Source of the DNA: Enoplolaimus lenunculus
Lineage: Eukaryota
DNA: 64,000 nucleotides
NCBI GenBank assembly: GCA_030248215.1
Contig: JASANG010002537.1
Coordinates: forward strand, 434,001-498,000
Reading direction: 5' to 3'
The translations under genes were made by a program, and so were the position numbers. Below are positions 38,696-53,079 of the stretch, in pieces. Position 1 is the first letter of the stretch. Each line of letters starts with the position of its first letter. Below the pieces are notes generated by a model. That model was not told where the DNA came from. It did no database searches and saw nothing but the letters and a program-made list of their open reading frames with translations.

Positions 38696-38879
38696 TGCCC
38701 ATGTACAGATCAGTGGCGGTGCGTTTTCTGCGGAACTGCAATGGAGTAAGCTTAAACTTTAGACTAATTATTTTGCTTAGGCTTAAGCTTAGGCTTAGGT
38801 ATACGCTCATTCTTAAGCTTAGGCTTAGGTTTAGGAATCTACTTACACTACTGTTATAGCACTGTTATATACATTTGCG
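38696..38879. mobile_element. Merlin-type MITE with TTAGGC tracts
   Basis: Perfect 8-bp TSD aatgaaag; degenerate TIRs. Confidence 0.85.
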
Positions 38880-39360
38880 AATGAAAGTTACTTTACATGC
38901 GATAAACTTCTACAATGTCTATTCTATCTGTACCAAAAACCTTGGTCTGCTACACATGCTCGAGATGTTGGCGTTGCAAATCTTGCAATCACTTGTAACT
39001 TTTGCATATTATGCACATTTGATAATTGTTGCAAAACTAAAATAAACGCGGTAAATAAATATTAACTTCACTCACCAACTGCCTTAGATTCAACGAACTT
39101 CTGGAAAAGTTCAGCGGCTTTAAATTGAAAACATTTGGAAAATAGACAAAATGATCGGTAAATACTTAAACGAATGCAACTGAGAAACTTTTCTCTAATC
39201 TACCTTTACCAGCTGTTCTGTAGTTTTCTCTCTTATTCCTTTGAAACTTTTCGCAATCAGTTTCCGACTTTTTTCAATTTACGTAAATGAAATGTTTGAA
39301 AAGCTAAGTGTTTACCATCGCTATGTTCAAATTTTAAATTAATGATCTGAACGGTATTTA

Positions 39361-39572
39361 CGCTGCAAAATGGTCAGCGCAATTGACTCTCCCTCTGAAA
39401 TAGGCTCTGAGGGACTACACAAGTTGAGTCAATTTCGACTCAGCCAGAGTCAAATTTGACTCAACTGAGTCGCACGTTTGACTCTGGCGGAGTCAAATTT
39501 GACTCAATTTCTATAGTCCCGTAGAGCCTATTTCAGAGAAAGAGTCAATTTGACTCACTATTTTTTGGAGTG
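39361..39572. mobile_element. Palindromic CACTGCAAAAA MITE
   Basis: Self-complementary about a central axis; repeated gagtcaaatttgactc. Confidence 0.75.
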
Positions 39573-40489
39573 TTAATATATTACGCTTGTTCCTATTTCA
39601 GAAGTTCGACTTAATATAAACTTTTGAAATACTTACATTTTGCCGGATAGTGTAGTTCTAAGAAATCGGCGATTTTCGCGGCGTATTACAAAAATAATGG
39701 AATATGTGAAATGTAAAATTTTGAATTTATAATATATAATAACGTCGAGTGATTTTTCAGAGAACTTTTATTCAAATATTTGCAACTTTTTAAACGATTT
39801 TAGATCTCTTAAGCCGGATTAATTGAGCACAATATTACCAAGAGTGCAACTTACAGACAACAGTATGTAACAGGACAAAATTTTGAGCGCAAAAGAATGT
39901 ACTTAGCACGCGTTGCGCATTTGGCTACCTTCTCATTTATGTGGAAGAGTTAAATTAAACAAATGAGGGAAACGCATAATCTTGCCAATGGCAGAAAATC
40001 CTTTTTTTTATATTCTTCAAAATGAATTTTTTCATACCATTCATGTACCAAAATTTAAAGAATTAAAATAAAAAAGAAGAAAAAACAATAAAAAATATTC
40101 TTAAATTAAGAACAATTTGATTTTACTAAACGGGGGTATCTGTTTAAATTGACATGGACGCTTCTGTGCTTAGTTAAGCTGTTTGTTGCCCACTTGGTGT
40201 ATTTTGTTCACACTGGATAACACAATCAACATAGTAAAATGCAACGCAATGTTGTGAAATCACGTTTTTAGTTTTAAAAAATTAAACGCATTCAGTCAAG
40301 TTTTAGTCAGGGATGTGGCTGTATCGTATCACACTTGAATCTACTGTTTATGCCGTAGTGGACGATGTTTAAGAAACGGTGTCATTTTTCCTCGAGCACA
40401 TGTTTATTAATTATAGGGAGCGTCGTTTCCAGTTAATGCTTGAATGAAATTTTTATACAGATACTTAGCTAACACTTTTATAACATTAA

Positions 40490-40752
40490 CCCGTTCTCAC
40501 ATTGAGTTGACTGTAGGCAACTCAGCGCAGAGTATATACGTTAAATAGTGTATATCGCACCGTGTTTAACAATTGCAACACGTATACATAGTACTAAATC
40601 ACCACAAGACGCGAGAGCCCCATCGGGCTCGAGCGTCAAGCTCCTGTAGCTGAGTGGTGAGGGTATACGCCTCCCTCTCCAGTCACTGGAGTTCGAATCC
40701 TAGCATAAAAGTAGGTCTCAGGGGAAATAGAAAATATTCATGTGAGAAAGGG
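40490..40752 (+). mobile_element. 263-bp piggyBac-like MITE with tRNA-like A/B boxes (second full copy)
   Basis: TTAA on both sides; colinear with and the same length as 19038-19300. Confidence 0.85.
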
Positions 40753-40790
40753 TTAAAGTTCAATAACTTTAGTTATTGCTACAAAATTTC

Positions 40791-40928
40791 GACCCATGTA
40801 AAGTTTAGCGGCAACCCGTTTTCAGTGGGACTACAACAAAGGCTTACGTTTAAGCTCATTCTTAGGCTTAGCCTTAGGCTCAGGTGTATGGTTATACTAC
40901 TGTTACGGCCGTGTTCTTTACATTGGCA
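40791..40928. mobile_element. Merlin-type MITE with TTAGGC tract (short variant)
   Basis: Perfect 8-bp TSD aaaatttc; termini gacccatgtaaag / ctttacattggca. Confidence 0.85.
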
Positions 40929-41281
40929 AAAATTTCCAAGAACTGTTCTAGCATCTTCGTCTCTGAAACAAACACTGTAACACGACACTTTGAGCCATCC
41001 ACGATACTTTGTATACAAAGCTTTAATAATCCGTGCCTGACCACTGGCCACTAATGGTCCCATGTGAACCAGAAACTTGTGTAATAATGAAATCATGATA
41101 CCTAAAGTAAACGTCCACGCCGTGCCGGGCAAAGATGCTGTGAAATAGCTTAAATCGCCTTGAGGCATAGTTAAATCGCTGTATTCTGAAATATAGAACT
41201 ATGCGAACTTTGTAAACATTCGACTTCAGCAGCTGTGCTTCATCGCCTTCATTTTTGCGAAATCATTTTGTTCCTTAAAAG

Positions 41282-41483
41282 AGCCCATGTAAAGATCAGG
41301 GGCGGAACGTTTTTCAATAGGACCAGAAAATAGTAAGCTTAAGCTTTAGACTAATTTTTTTGCTTGACTTAGGCTTAGGCTTAGGCTTGGGAATACGCTC
41401 GTTCTTACGCTTAGGCTTAGGCTTAGGCTTAGGTTTAAAAATATGCTTATAATACTGTTCTGCCCATGTTCTTTACATTGGCG
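41282..41483. mobile_element. Merlin-type MITE with two TTAGGC tracts
   Basis: Colinear with 33148-33359; flanks cttaaaag/cttaacag. Confidence 0.85.
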
Positions 41484-42791
41484 CTTAACAGGATCACTTT
41501 GATAATTGCTGACTGTAAAATAATTAGCAAATTTTACAAGTTTAATTATGCAAACGGCTGATTTTGTTTTTAGTGTTAAATTTGATTTTAGGAATCGTGG
41601 CAAAAATACAGAAAACTTTTCGTTGGCGAACACTAAAAACGTTTACTTAAATATTAGCGTGTTGCAACACAAGCGATTCATTTTAGAGTTTCGCCGCTTA
41701 CAAAAAGCATTTGAGAGATGCTGTATGATAAAAACGCGAAAAGATTATAAAATAGCGTTGTACTGTTAACACGATTCTCATAATTTTCTTATCTGTTGGT
41801 AGCATGTTGCTGCCATGTTTCAACAATTTTAGTTACTTATAGCCCATACTACTATTTGAACTTTTCTCAGCAGCTGGTAGGGCAGGCTAGTTTGAAACCT
41901 TTATTAGAAACTAGCGGAACATTTATCATTAAAAATTAAACTTCCTTATTCGGTGTCAATATACCCTCTAGGGTTTTAGCTGCCCGTTGCCGAGAGTTCC
42001 ACGTTTGCCTGTTATCTCCTTTGACCAGCGGCGATTAATTTGTCGCGTATAGAATCGTCCAAGTCAGAAGTATGGTACGTGTCAACTTTTAGTTAAAGTG
42101 ACTTTAAGCGCAATACTAGACAGCTCTTTGGGTAGACTACCTGCTGATGAAAGACTAAGGAAACGAAAATCTTTTAATGAGATTAAGCTGACAACATCTT
42201 GACCACGGCTTGGCTACACTGAGCTGTTCTGTTGTTAATGGAGCTTGCAATGAGAACCTTTAAGCACGGATATAAATATTTTGCAGAAAATTTAGATAAA
42301 ACTATGCGATAATTATGTGCAACATTGACACGGATATCCATTCGCTTTTAAAAAGTTTAAACCTTTGAGCGTTGCCGTAATTATGCTAATGTTATACACG
42401 TTGCGGCTGCTATTAAATGTCATTTTCGAATCATACACTGTCGGAAACTGTTGTTCATCTGTAGATTAGTGTTTAGGGATTTTATCTGCTTGCGGACTCT
42501 ACTAGGGACACGGGCTTTTATTTATTGTGACTCAAAATTATTACCAACCTCTTATTACCTTCCTCTTATTCGGGTCACTACAATATGCGACAGTCAGAAT
42601 CAATTTTGTATCAATTGTCAAAATGATAAATTAATTTTTAAAATCACTAAGCAATAGATATTCCCATATGAGTGATTAAATTGTTTATCAAAAATGCAAC
42701 GCTTATCACGCAAATACAGTCGACTTTGTCACATAATTGTCAAAATAGCACGGCAAGTCGTAACGGTTTTGTCGTACAAGCTTGCACTAGC

Positions 42792-43116
42792 GTTCCATGT
42801 AAATATGAGGGGCGAAACGTTTTTGTGTGGGACTGCAATAGAGTCCGCTTAAGCTTTAGACTATTTTTTGATTAGACTTAGGCTTAAACTTAGGAATACG
42901 CTTATACTACTGCTACGATCCTGTTCTATACATTGGCCTACATATGTAACCATGAGCATACATTCGTAAGCCTAAGCCTAAATCTTAGCCGAAGAATGAG
43001 CTTATACCTAAGCGTTAGCCTAAGCGTAAACCTAAGCAAAAAATTAGTTGAAAGCTTAAGTTTACTCTATTACAGACAAACAAAAAAGCGTGCCGCCGCT
43101 GATTTTTACATGGGCC
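42792..43116. mobile_element. Two adjacent, oppositely oriented TTAGGC-bearing MITE copies
   Basis: ccatgtaaatatgaggggcgaaacg...tatacattggcc (ends 42938), followed by a reverse copy ending gatttttacatgggcc. Confidence 0.7.
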
Positions 43117-44030
43117 CAAGTTTACAACTTTAATTTTTCAAATGCTCAGAATTTTAATCATTCAATTAAGTATGAGCAAACACGTTAAACTACCGAATAT
43201 TTTTTGTGAAAACCGTAAATTGAAGCATTTAAAATTTTGCAATTTATTATTAGGTAACAACCGAGTAGGTTGTTGGCAAAACCGGCACACTTTCAACTTA
43301 TCAAAACTTTAGTTTCTGACGATACCAGGTATTTTTTAAAAAAATTAAAACAGTAACGACTTAGCTAACATATATTTTCATAAAGTTATCGTTTTACTTC
43401 GCTGTCTCTTAGCAGTATTTTTTCGCTAAATCTAAAACCTTATTCGTCGCGTTTTAAAACAATTTTAAGTTACTTAGCTAAAACACTCTAACCAGTTGTG
43501 CTAAGCGGATTTGTGGCATTGAAATTTTAGCAGGTTTTAAATTGTTGCGAATGAGCATTAACCAATTATTAATTATTTATTTCACAAAATGCACCACAGT
43601 AAGTTTAGCTTTGATACAACTTTAGCTGTGAGATAAAGTTTTCGATGTTTTAGCTATTAATACGCTACATCTCATCGAATACATAACCAGTGGGCTAGTG
43701 TCATTGAAATGTTGAAATAACTGCTATAAGTTATAGACCGACCCACTAGGCTACCATTTTACGCAACGTCTCACCGATTTCATGTAAACGCCAGCTGAAA
43801 AATGGTCACCGTCAAATTTGTAACCAGGAACTAATTTAATGAACATATTAAAAATATAATTGTCGGCGTTTCTGATACTAATAACGCCTACAACTAGTCG
43901 GTTATCCTGGTCTGGAGAGTAGCCAAGATATCACAGTGCCAGAGAGTATAACTTCACGAAATATGATTTGTTTGACCTCAATATAGTGAAGTTATTCCAA
44001 AGCTGGTTAAAAGTCTTATTTTGTTGAGTC

Positions 44031-44200
44031 CACGGGCCCGTAGCTAAGGGGGAGTGGCCAGGGGGTTCTCCCCCCTTGAAAAAGTTTGGCCCCTCCTAGA
44101 TGATTTTCAACCTTGCTTGTATTAAGTCATTGAAAACATTTATATGTCCCTACTGAAAATTTTTCAGCCCCCCTAGCAAGATGAGCTTGCTACATGCCTG
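44031..44200. mobile_element. GC-rich dispersed repeat (hAT-like MITE); relatives at ~8280-8425, 27464-27632, ~45380-45460, ~51394-51535
   Basis: Shared core aaattttca(a/g)cct(t/a)gcttg..aagtc.ttgaaaac and termini related to gggcccgtagc / gctac.ggcctg. Confidence 0.6.
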
Positions 44201-46765
44201 TGACTCCAAAATATTTTGGGAGTGAATATGTGCCCAGCTGCGGATCCAGAAATTTCTCATGGGGGCGTGCTAGCAAAAATTATTAAACGCAATTATTACT
44301 GAATGGTATATATGCCGATTTTCTGAAACGGCAAAATTATAAATTTGGAACCTTATCATTTCATCACAAAGAATTGCTGACGGGGGACGTACGCGTTCCT
44401 GTTCCACCTCTGAATCCGCTAGTGTATATCCCGTTTACCTCTCGCTTTGTATACGCTCAGGATGGTGGCATGTGACCAAAGTTTTACCAACACAACCCAG
44501 AATAGCCAAATGTCCACCTGTACAACTCAATCAAATATGCATGATAGTTTTGTTGCGTTAATTGAAGTGCTTATAGTAGTACTGCGGTTACGAGGTTGCA
44601 ATTATTGCAAAGTATAAGCTGTCATTGATAATTCTGAGTAGGTGGGTCCCTGGTTCCGTCAAGCAATGCTGTACAGAGAGTCTGAATGAATTTAACCGAT
44701 GTGATGCGTGCTAGCAGTGACGTACAAAGTGCGTGAGTGTCTCCTTTCAACATCAACGCGATAGTTCTAAAAGTTGAGATAGGTATTTTGAAATTTTTTC
44801 ATACAAATATAGGCCATGTTATTTTAAGGGGCGTCCAGGTTTCTGGTGGGTCTAAAAAGAGTAGGTTTAGATTCTAGATTATATATTTTTGCTTAGGCTT
44901 AGGCTTAGGCTTAGGAATACGCTTAATCTACTGTTACGCCCCTAAAAGAAGCATTGGCCTCTTTGGCTATATAATGAGCTTAAACAGAAATAGTTCGAAT
45001 GATAGAGCCCTATTTATAGCTCATGGTTCCGGAACTAAAATTATACATATTTAACTTTTAACATTTCACAAGCATTCAGTCATTGATAAACGCTTATAGA
45101 AGCTGACATATACTTAATTCTGAAGCGTAGTATCGATAGTTATAAAGCATATTTAATTCAAATTAGCAAACTTGACAGGGTATAATTTAAGCAAAATTTG
45201 ACGGAATTTATTTTTTGGTAAATTCTCGTAAAGGTAGTGTTTAGCTAAGATCTTACACATAGCAATGTCGATGTCTCATAACGTAGGCATGTCATGCTAG
45301 GTTTGTAACCAGCTTAACATCGAAGCCGGGGTAAAACAGTGTTAGGTGGGGAATGCCCTTGATTTCACAAGACTTACCAGTGGGCTAAAACTTTTTAGGT
45401 GGATCTGAATTTTTTCAAGGGATGCTGGGCTAAGCTCCTTCTCCTACTGGCTACTGTCCGTGTCTTACCTTCTGCCTAATACTTCATGTCCTTACCAGAA
45501 AAGTGCCAACAATGCCGCAACGAAAAAATATGTTTATGTTTATTTCATGGACAAATTCTACTGGTATGTTTTATGCATAAATGAAGTTGAATTAAACTAT
45601 TAATGAATAAAATTCGTTTCCAGATCACTGCACCTCGCTTTGTTTATATTTAAAATCCGTATTCATGAAAATCACTTATAACATAGTTTGAAATATATTA
45701 AAAAATATGGGAGTAGAGACGATTTCAGTTCAGAAAGGTGTATATCTCTCACGAGGTTTGCAACAATATCTCTTCGTATACTCACTCCTCTGTGAAAAAT
45801 AGTTTTTTCAATATGGTTCGTTTTCTATTTTTCTGTCTGAAATCATATTTTGGAACTGTCCTTGTGTCAAAATTTTAAACCACAATTTTGAATTTTTTAA
45901 ATGTTAAGTAGGCACACCGAAGTTATTAATGCATTGTGACTAAAACGAAACATTTTAGATGAAACGAAAGCGGAATATGGTTAACTGCAGACTCCGTGGC
46001 TGACTAAACAAAAGTGATTTTTGGACCTATTTTGAGGAGTTTTTGGCGTATATACTTCTACCTTAATTTTTAAGTTGGAAAGCTACACCTTTAATAGATT
46101 AAAACAAAATGTCCTTAACGACAGTGGCGTTTTGAAATCAGAGGCGGAACCTTGTTCTGTGGGACTGCAATAGAGTAAGCTAAAGCTTTAAACTATTTTT
46201 TGCTTGGCTTAAGGCTTGAGTTTAGGCTTAGGCCTAAGAATACGCTTCTACTACTATTACGGCCCTGTTCTATACACTGGCCAAAATTTCGAAGAAGGCT
46301 TTTTTATTAACCAATTGAAAAGTACGTAAAACTCCTAGATAAAAACCTAAATATGCGTTAATTGTTCGATAATCGAATGTTTGCATACAAGCGATGAAAT
46401 TAAAAATCGCCATTGTTTCTTGTGCTGTTTTGCAGTTTGAGCAACAAAGTTTGCAGCTGCAAAAGGTTCAGTTTACATCATTTGTTCGTTTAAAATTATG
46501 TTTTTAATTATATTAATAAGTGTATACTAAATAAACATTTTTAACGGTTTATTGTGTTTAAATATAACCGTTTTGTTGAAATCCGACCAATGTGTATAGC
46601 ACCGAGGCAAACGGCAGTAGGAGCTCGAAGAACGATGGATATGGATGAATTTTCCAATCTGTCCAGTCGGTTTGAAAATTTTTTAAAATGATGTCTACTG
46701 CAGTAAATTTTGAACAAACTTTGGCAAAACAGCTGCAAATTTAACATGTTTCTAATCAATATATA

Positions 46766-46973
46766 CACTGCAAAAAATAGTGAGTCAAATTGACTATCTC
46801 CGAAATAGGCTTTTTGAAACTACACAAACGGAGTCAAATTCGGATCCGCCAGAGTCAAATTCGACTCACTGAGTTGCACGTTTGACTCTTGAGGAGTCGA
46901 ATTTGACTTAGTATATGTTGTCCGACAAGCATATTTCGGAGAGAGTCAATTTGACTCACCATTTTTTGCAGTG
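46766..46973. mobile_element. 208-bp palindromic CACTGCAAAAA MITE (best-preserved copy; partial copy at 50965-51145)
   Basis: ta|cactgcaaaaaatagtgagtcaaattgact ... agtcaatttgactcaccattttttgcagtg|ta. Confidence 0.85.
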
Positions 46974-47484
46974 TATATAAATATATAAATTGATTTAACG
47001 GAACCCGGAAGGGGGGCAGGGTAAACCTGCACCTCCTTGCATATACCTATCGGCACTGGTGCATTTAGGTTTTGGTCAAGATTTACGTTTGCAACTACGC
47101 ACCGCGCTAGACACATTGTTGAATAATGCGTTTATTCGACTAAAATCTAAATGATTTATTGGCTAATATTATTAGTGCGGCAAAAAGTGACACTTTTAGG
47201 ATACTTTTTTTCGTGTGTTTCATAGTCACTTCTTGAAATTTAGTTGCAAATCTGTCGTAAAAACAACTGAACGCAGTTTTATAAACCTGAGGAAAATAAA
47301 ATGTCGCTTTTTAGACTTGTAAATCGGGAAATAGTACATATACTGAAGGGTTGAGCGTAAATGGTAAAACGGGCACCAAGCATAATGGGACGCGTATTTG
47401 CTAATTGCTATTTTGCGTCTGTTGATCTTTTAACAAAACATTTAATCCGTATAAAATATTTAAGCAACAAGCGTTCTAAAATCG

Positions 47485-47627
47485 GGCACATGTAAAGATC
47501 AGGTGCGGAACGATTTTCTCCGAGAATACAATAGAGTATAAGCTTTAAGCTAATGATAATTTTTTGATTAGGCTTAGGATTAGGAATATGCTTATACTAC
47601 TGTACGGCCTTGTTCTATATTTTGGTC
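47485..47627. mobile_element. Merlin-type MITE with TTAGGC tract
   Basis: Perfect 8-bp TSD taaaatcg. Confidence 0.85.
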
Positions 47628-49905
47628 TAAAATCGTATAGTCATGTCTATAGCGTAGGCCGTTCTTAAATATATATTGTGGATATTTGCTCATTGATTCG
47701 GAACAGGTCCAGTCGAAACGAAGAGCGGAAACTTGTTAATATTCTAAAGCTCATGATGAACGGGCTGGTTTTTGACTAAATTTGGGCCATTCTTGCATCA
47801 CTGTCTCGTCATTTGCTCTAAGGGTTGCACTATGCTTTCTGGACGGCGTCGGCCGTCACCGTATGGTATGATACATAACTACATGAGTAATTTGCGTACA
47901 ATACTGTATGGTTATGCACGGTAATGGACAGCGCCGTACGGGTGACGGATACGGTGCGGAACGGGTGGCAGACGGTGACGGACAGCGCCGTACGGGTGGC
48001 AGACGGTGACTGACGACGGAGTACGGGTGACGGACGATGACAGATGGCGCCGTACGTTACCATAGCGCTACCCTTACACTTTAAAAAAGTTCTATATAGT
48101 TCACACAATGCATTATGCAGTACTTAAAACTAAAAATTTCATCTGAAAATCAGGCATCAAATTCTTTCTAGCATTCCTCAACATTTTTAACTGACGATAC
48201 CGCTAGCTATTATATATTTCTGAATGAAACAGTATAAATTAAATTAATTTTGGTAGACACGCACATTTGTTGGTACTACTTTGAACTCTTCTGATTCATA
48301 ACCTTTTGTTCTTCGAAAGAAGTCTTTGTTTTTTTTACGCGAAAAGCACTAGAAAACAATACAAATTGAGTACCGGTTATAAATTAATGTACGCCAATAT
48401 ATTTGCAGCATTTCGTGTTTGCTTGGACAGTCATTTCGTTCAAGAGCATGAAGAAAGATACGAGGTTAAGATAAGGTTAATTTGCCAAGCTCTGGTTTTG
48501 TCACCATTGTATTTTAGAAGATGCTACACGACATGGTATTGTTTTGAAATAAACTGTCATGACTTTTAAAAATGGAGTATTCGTAAAATCGTTAGCCAGT
48601 GTATAGGACAGGTCCGTAACTGTAGTACAATCATATTCCTATGCCTACGCCTAAACGGAAAAATGAGCTTGCAGCCAAGTCTATGCCTTAGTATAAGCAA
48701 AAATTAGTCTAAAGCTTAAGTTTACTCTATTGCAGTCCTACGAAAAATGTTCTGCTCCTGATCTTTACATGGGAGACATTGTTGAACCACCGTGAAACGT
48801 AACCTGAAGTTTTTGAAATTTCGTTGCACTCTGTCCTGTGATGCATGCAATGGATAATTACACTTCGCATGAGTAATACTGCGATTGACGTATGCTTTAC
48901 ACAGAACAAAGTCATAAACCTTTCAGGCGTTTATCAATATTGCATGCACAATTGAACAGATAAACTTGTGACACCTTGAATTTTGACATCGCAAAGTTCA
49001 AACAATCAATTTTTTGTAGTAGGAATGATAAATAGGTTCCTTTGGCATGACATGGTCAAACAGCGAATGAACAGTCGCAGGGCCAGAGATATGCTAAAAA
49101 GTTTAAAATGATGTTGACATAGCACCACCCTTCGGCGATCGAACAAACTTCATATCGGCAATATATTTTGTGTAACAGAAGGTTAACTCAAACTAACCGC
49201 AACTTTTGCAATTAGGCACACAGTTGTCGCAGTACAGTTGTATTAGACTAACAATTTTAGTATTAAAATTTACGATTTCTTACTGCATACAGCTCTATAT
49301 ACAACATCACTTTATGCGTATTTCAATTTTAATATAAATATGCACTGTTAATTTTTTTCTGTTTCAGTAACAATTTATCCGCCAATATAAATGAAATATC
49401 TGATTAAACGATAATTTAAATCACAACAACACCATAATGGTTCAGTACTGATCAAAACAAAGCATTATAGCAATTTTGTAGTGATTTACCCGTCTTTCTT
49501 GTTTGGAATCTGCCCAATGCTTAAAATGTTAGCAGGGACTTCTAAAACGTGATACGTTAACATTTTGGAAACTTTGATGCACTAACTATTTTAATCGCCA
49601 TCGAATGCTATGGCACTGTTCATAACAAACCAATTTATATATTAATACCTACTACTTATTTGTGACTTTACCGTCAGCTACCGAATTCTAAGACGACAAA
49701 ACCGATTTCTACAATAAACGTTAACAAGAATGTTTGCTAATAACATTAACAGTTTATTTGGTTAATTTTGTTTCAATAAAACGGTAACACTAGCAATTGG
49801 TTTGGTACGAATCACTACCGCCCAATGCTTAATATTAAATAATTTTCTGTGAATTTGTGTCTTATCGTCCCGTCTGTCTGATCGTTAAAAGTTAACGGCT
49901 ACTTC

Positions 49906-49906
<1 letters not shown>

Positions 49907-49953
<47 letters not shown>
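49907..49953. repeat. (AAT)n microsatellite upstream of the innexin
   Basis: Directly visible. Confidence 0.95.
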
Positions 49954-50218
49954 CATCTTAACAATAATTTCAACAATATTACGTTATTATTTTAGACATT
50001 TTGATAATTTTGTTTCACTAAAGCAATAGTATGCAACCCCAACAAACGCTTTGTTACTGATCACTGCAAACTTCTGTTTAGCGTTGAATAATTTTTCTGT
50101 GACTGACCTGTCTTTCGTTGTATTTATCTCGTGCAAAAACATTAATATATTCTCTTAGCGCTGACCTCATCAGTTTAATCTGTGCTCCAAGTTCAATTCG
50201 CTGCCAACTTAAACAAAA

Positions 50219-53079
50219 ATGCAATTCCTGCTCAGTTCAGCAATCCAAGCGCTTTCACTGCGTGCCGACGAAGATTTCGTTGATCGCCTTAATTCCTATT
50301 ACACCGTGTTGATTTTACTCGTTTGTACGTTCGTTTCGTCGGCGAAACAGTACATGGGCCGGCCGATACATTGCTGGATTCCGCCGCAGTTCACCAATTC
50401 TATGGAAGAATACATTGAATCGTACTGTTGGATTCAAAACACTTACTGGATGCCGTTACACGAAAATATTCCTGATGATATTCAAACACGTGAAAGTATG
50501 CAACTTGGCTATTATCAGTGGACACCGTTCATTTTGGCACTCGAAGCGTTGATGTTTTACGTACCAGCGGCGATTTGGCGTCTATTGAACTGGCAGAGCG
50601 GTAAGTGTACGCCAAATGCAGCGTAGGCCGGATATCACTTCGCAAGCGTGTAACCTCAATAACAATTTGACCACTAATATCTCGAAAGCTATTCTAAGCC
50701 TGTTATAAATGTTTTTTCTTGTATAAAGAAGTTTCTGGAGGGGATATATCGGATATGTTCCACCTGATACGTCCCTGGAGTACTCAAATTATTGTGGATC
50801 ATCGTTTACTAAAAGGAGGTAAATGCAAAGCTTTTTCAGAGTAATGATTTCATTGGTACACACAAGTTATGGTGAATTCTGTTAGGAATCGGATCAATAA
50901 ATCTGAAACGCGTTTTGAACTAAGCACTCACTTGCATAGTAAAGCGACGTATTAGCAAGCGCTACATTGCAAAAAATGGTGAGTCAAATTGACTTTCTTC
51001 GAAATACGCTCTTACTGGACTACATGAACTGAGTCAAATTCGACTGTGCCAGAGTTAAATTCGACTTACTGAGTCGCTGACTCTGGCGGAGTCGGATTTG
51101 ACTCAGTTTGTGTAGTCCGCAAAAACCTATTTCGGAAAGAATCAATATAAAAATAACGATGCGTTGCTGCACGACCGATTCAATTTAGATTTCCTTCTGA
51201 AAGACTGGTTTGAATCGCGAAAATGATTAAAATAGCGTTTTATTTCTTAACCGATTTCTTACTGCGTGTAGGAAATTTCGTTTTTGTTAAAACTGTGAGG
51301 TCAATAACACACACGTAATTGTGTGCGGATTCTGCATTTAGAAAGAAATTAAACCTCTAGGCTCAAACAGCTAATTGTTTACTCATGAATGAGCAGGACC
51401 GTTATGTAGCTCACTTTGCTAGCTGGGCTAAAAAATTTTCAGGAGGAACATATACAGGGTTTTCACCTACTCACAAGCAAGGTTGAAAATTTCGTAGAGG
51501 GTATTTTTTCCTGGCTCCCTCTGGCTACAATCCCGTGAACGTGGAAAAAAGTGAAGCTAGTTGAGGAAATGGTAGCAATCTAAATATTGGCTATTAGACC
51601 CGTCAGAATTTCGTTCACTAGATGTTGTCACTTGAAATTAATAATGAATACAGTCGCCGCTGTGGACAATTTTCGCAAACTACGCACTGGTGGCAGGGTG
51701 AAAACAAAAACTAAAAATGTCGGAAACCGAAAACGATGATATCAGAAATGGAAAACGGATATTTAAGTATAACAGCCTAGATGACGTTTTATATCGAGCC
51801 AATACAATTGGATAGGCAAATATTGACCTGATTTTACAAAATATTAAAGAAAACGTGGTGTTTACCATTAAGGGTCTCTACTACAAGTAAAGAGGTGCGC
51901 GCCGCTCAACAGAGAACTCTGCGGCTCGGGCACTTGCGTAGCCTCAAGCACACAAAGGCTACTCTAGTAGTTTAAAGCAGTAGCGCAATGAGTGCATTGT
52001 TAATTCACGGAATTTCCATTGAATAAGCTTTAGCTTTACAGTAGTGATTTCGCTTAGGCTGAGGCTTAAGCCCAGGCTTAGTTTAATTGGTTTGTTCTTG
52101 CGCTGAGGCTTAAGATTCGATTTAGTATATGTTTATACTACTTTTACGCGCCTTAAAGTAAACACTTGCCAAACAGTCTGCCCACATTTCAGGTGTCAAC
52201 ATCCAATGCATTGTAAACATGGCCCGTGACACTCAGGGACTTGATTTTATGCATCGTCAACGTGCAATTGAAGGCATTGTTTGTACGTTAGAAGATGTGA
52301 TTTCACTTCAAAATTCACTGCGAACAATTAATATTAAATATTGCCGTTTTTGCCCACCTCGTCAACTCAGAGGCCGTTATATGTCGTGTATTTATCTCGC
52401 TGTCAAATTAGCGTACGCTCTAAACGCTGTCGGACAATTTTTCTTACTAAATACATTTCTAAAAGGTGAAAGTTATACGCTGTACGGGATCGAAGTGTTA
52501 GTTGACTTATTTCGCGGTCGGCTATGGCGTGAATCTGGTCATTTTCCTCGTGTAACCTTGTGCGATTTCGAGGTAAAATATTTAGGCAATTTAAACCGAT
52601 ACACGGTCCAGTGTGCGTTAATCGCAAATTTATTCAACGAAAAAATATTCGCTTTTCTTTGGTGTTGGTTTTTTGCAATCGGTGCAGTGTCAGTGGCGAG
52701 TTTTGCGTTTTGGTCCGGCAATTTGGTGTTCGCTCATCAACGAGTTGGATTTGTGACGAAATATTTGCATATTATTGCTGAAAAGGATGATACTGCAGCG
52801 CGAAGCGGTGCAGTGACAAGCTATCATCATCAGGTGCCAATATTTTTGCACGATTCGTTTGTTAATCACTTTTTACGCTGGGACGGCGTGTTCATACTGC
52901 GTATGATTGCATCGCATGCCGGTGATGTTATGGCTATGGAAGTAACGCGACAAATGCTGCTGCATTATCGAGATCAAGAAGTGTCACATAACGCACAAGC
53001 ACGCAGCAATATTGGAACATCAGCTGCCGAGTTATCGCCAGAGTTGAACGTTAAAGCGTTACAGTATTTGGAACCATAA
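50219..53079 (+). CDS. inx: Innexin (gap-junction protein), ~422 aa, 2 coding exons
   Basis: Exons 50219-50600 and 52193-53079 (phase-1 GT-AG). Motifs DDF-like DEDFVDRLN, KQYMGRPIHCW, YCW, YYQWTPF, FPRVTLCDF, and QCALIANLFNEKIFAFLW. Confidence 0.97.
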
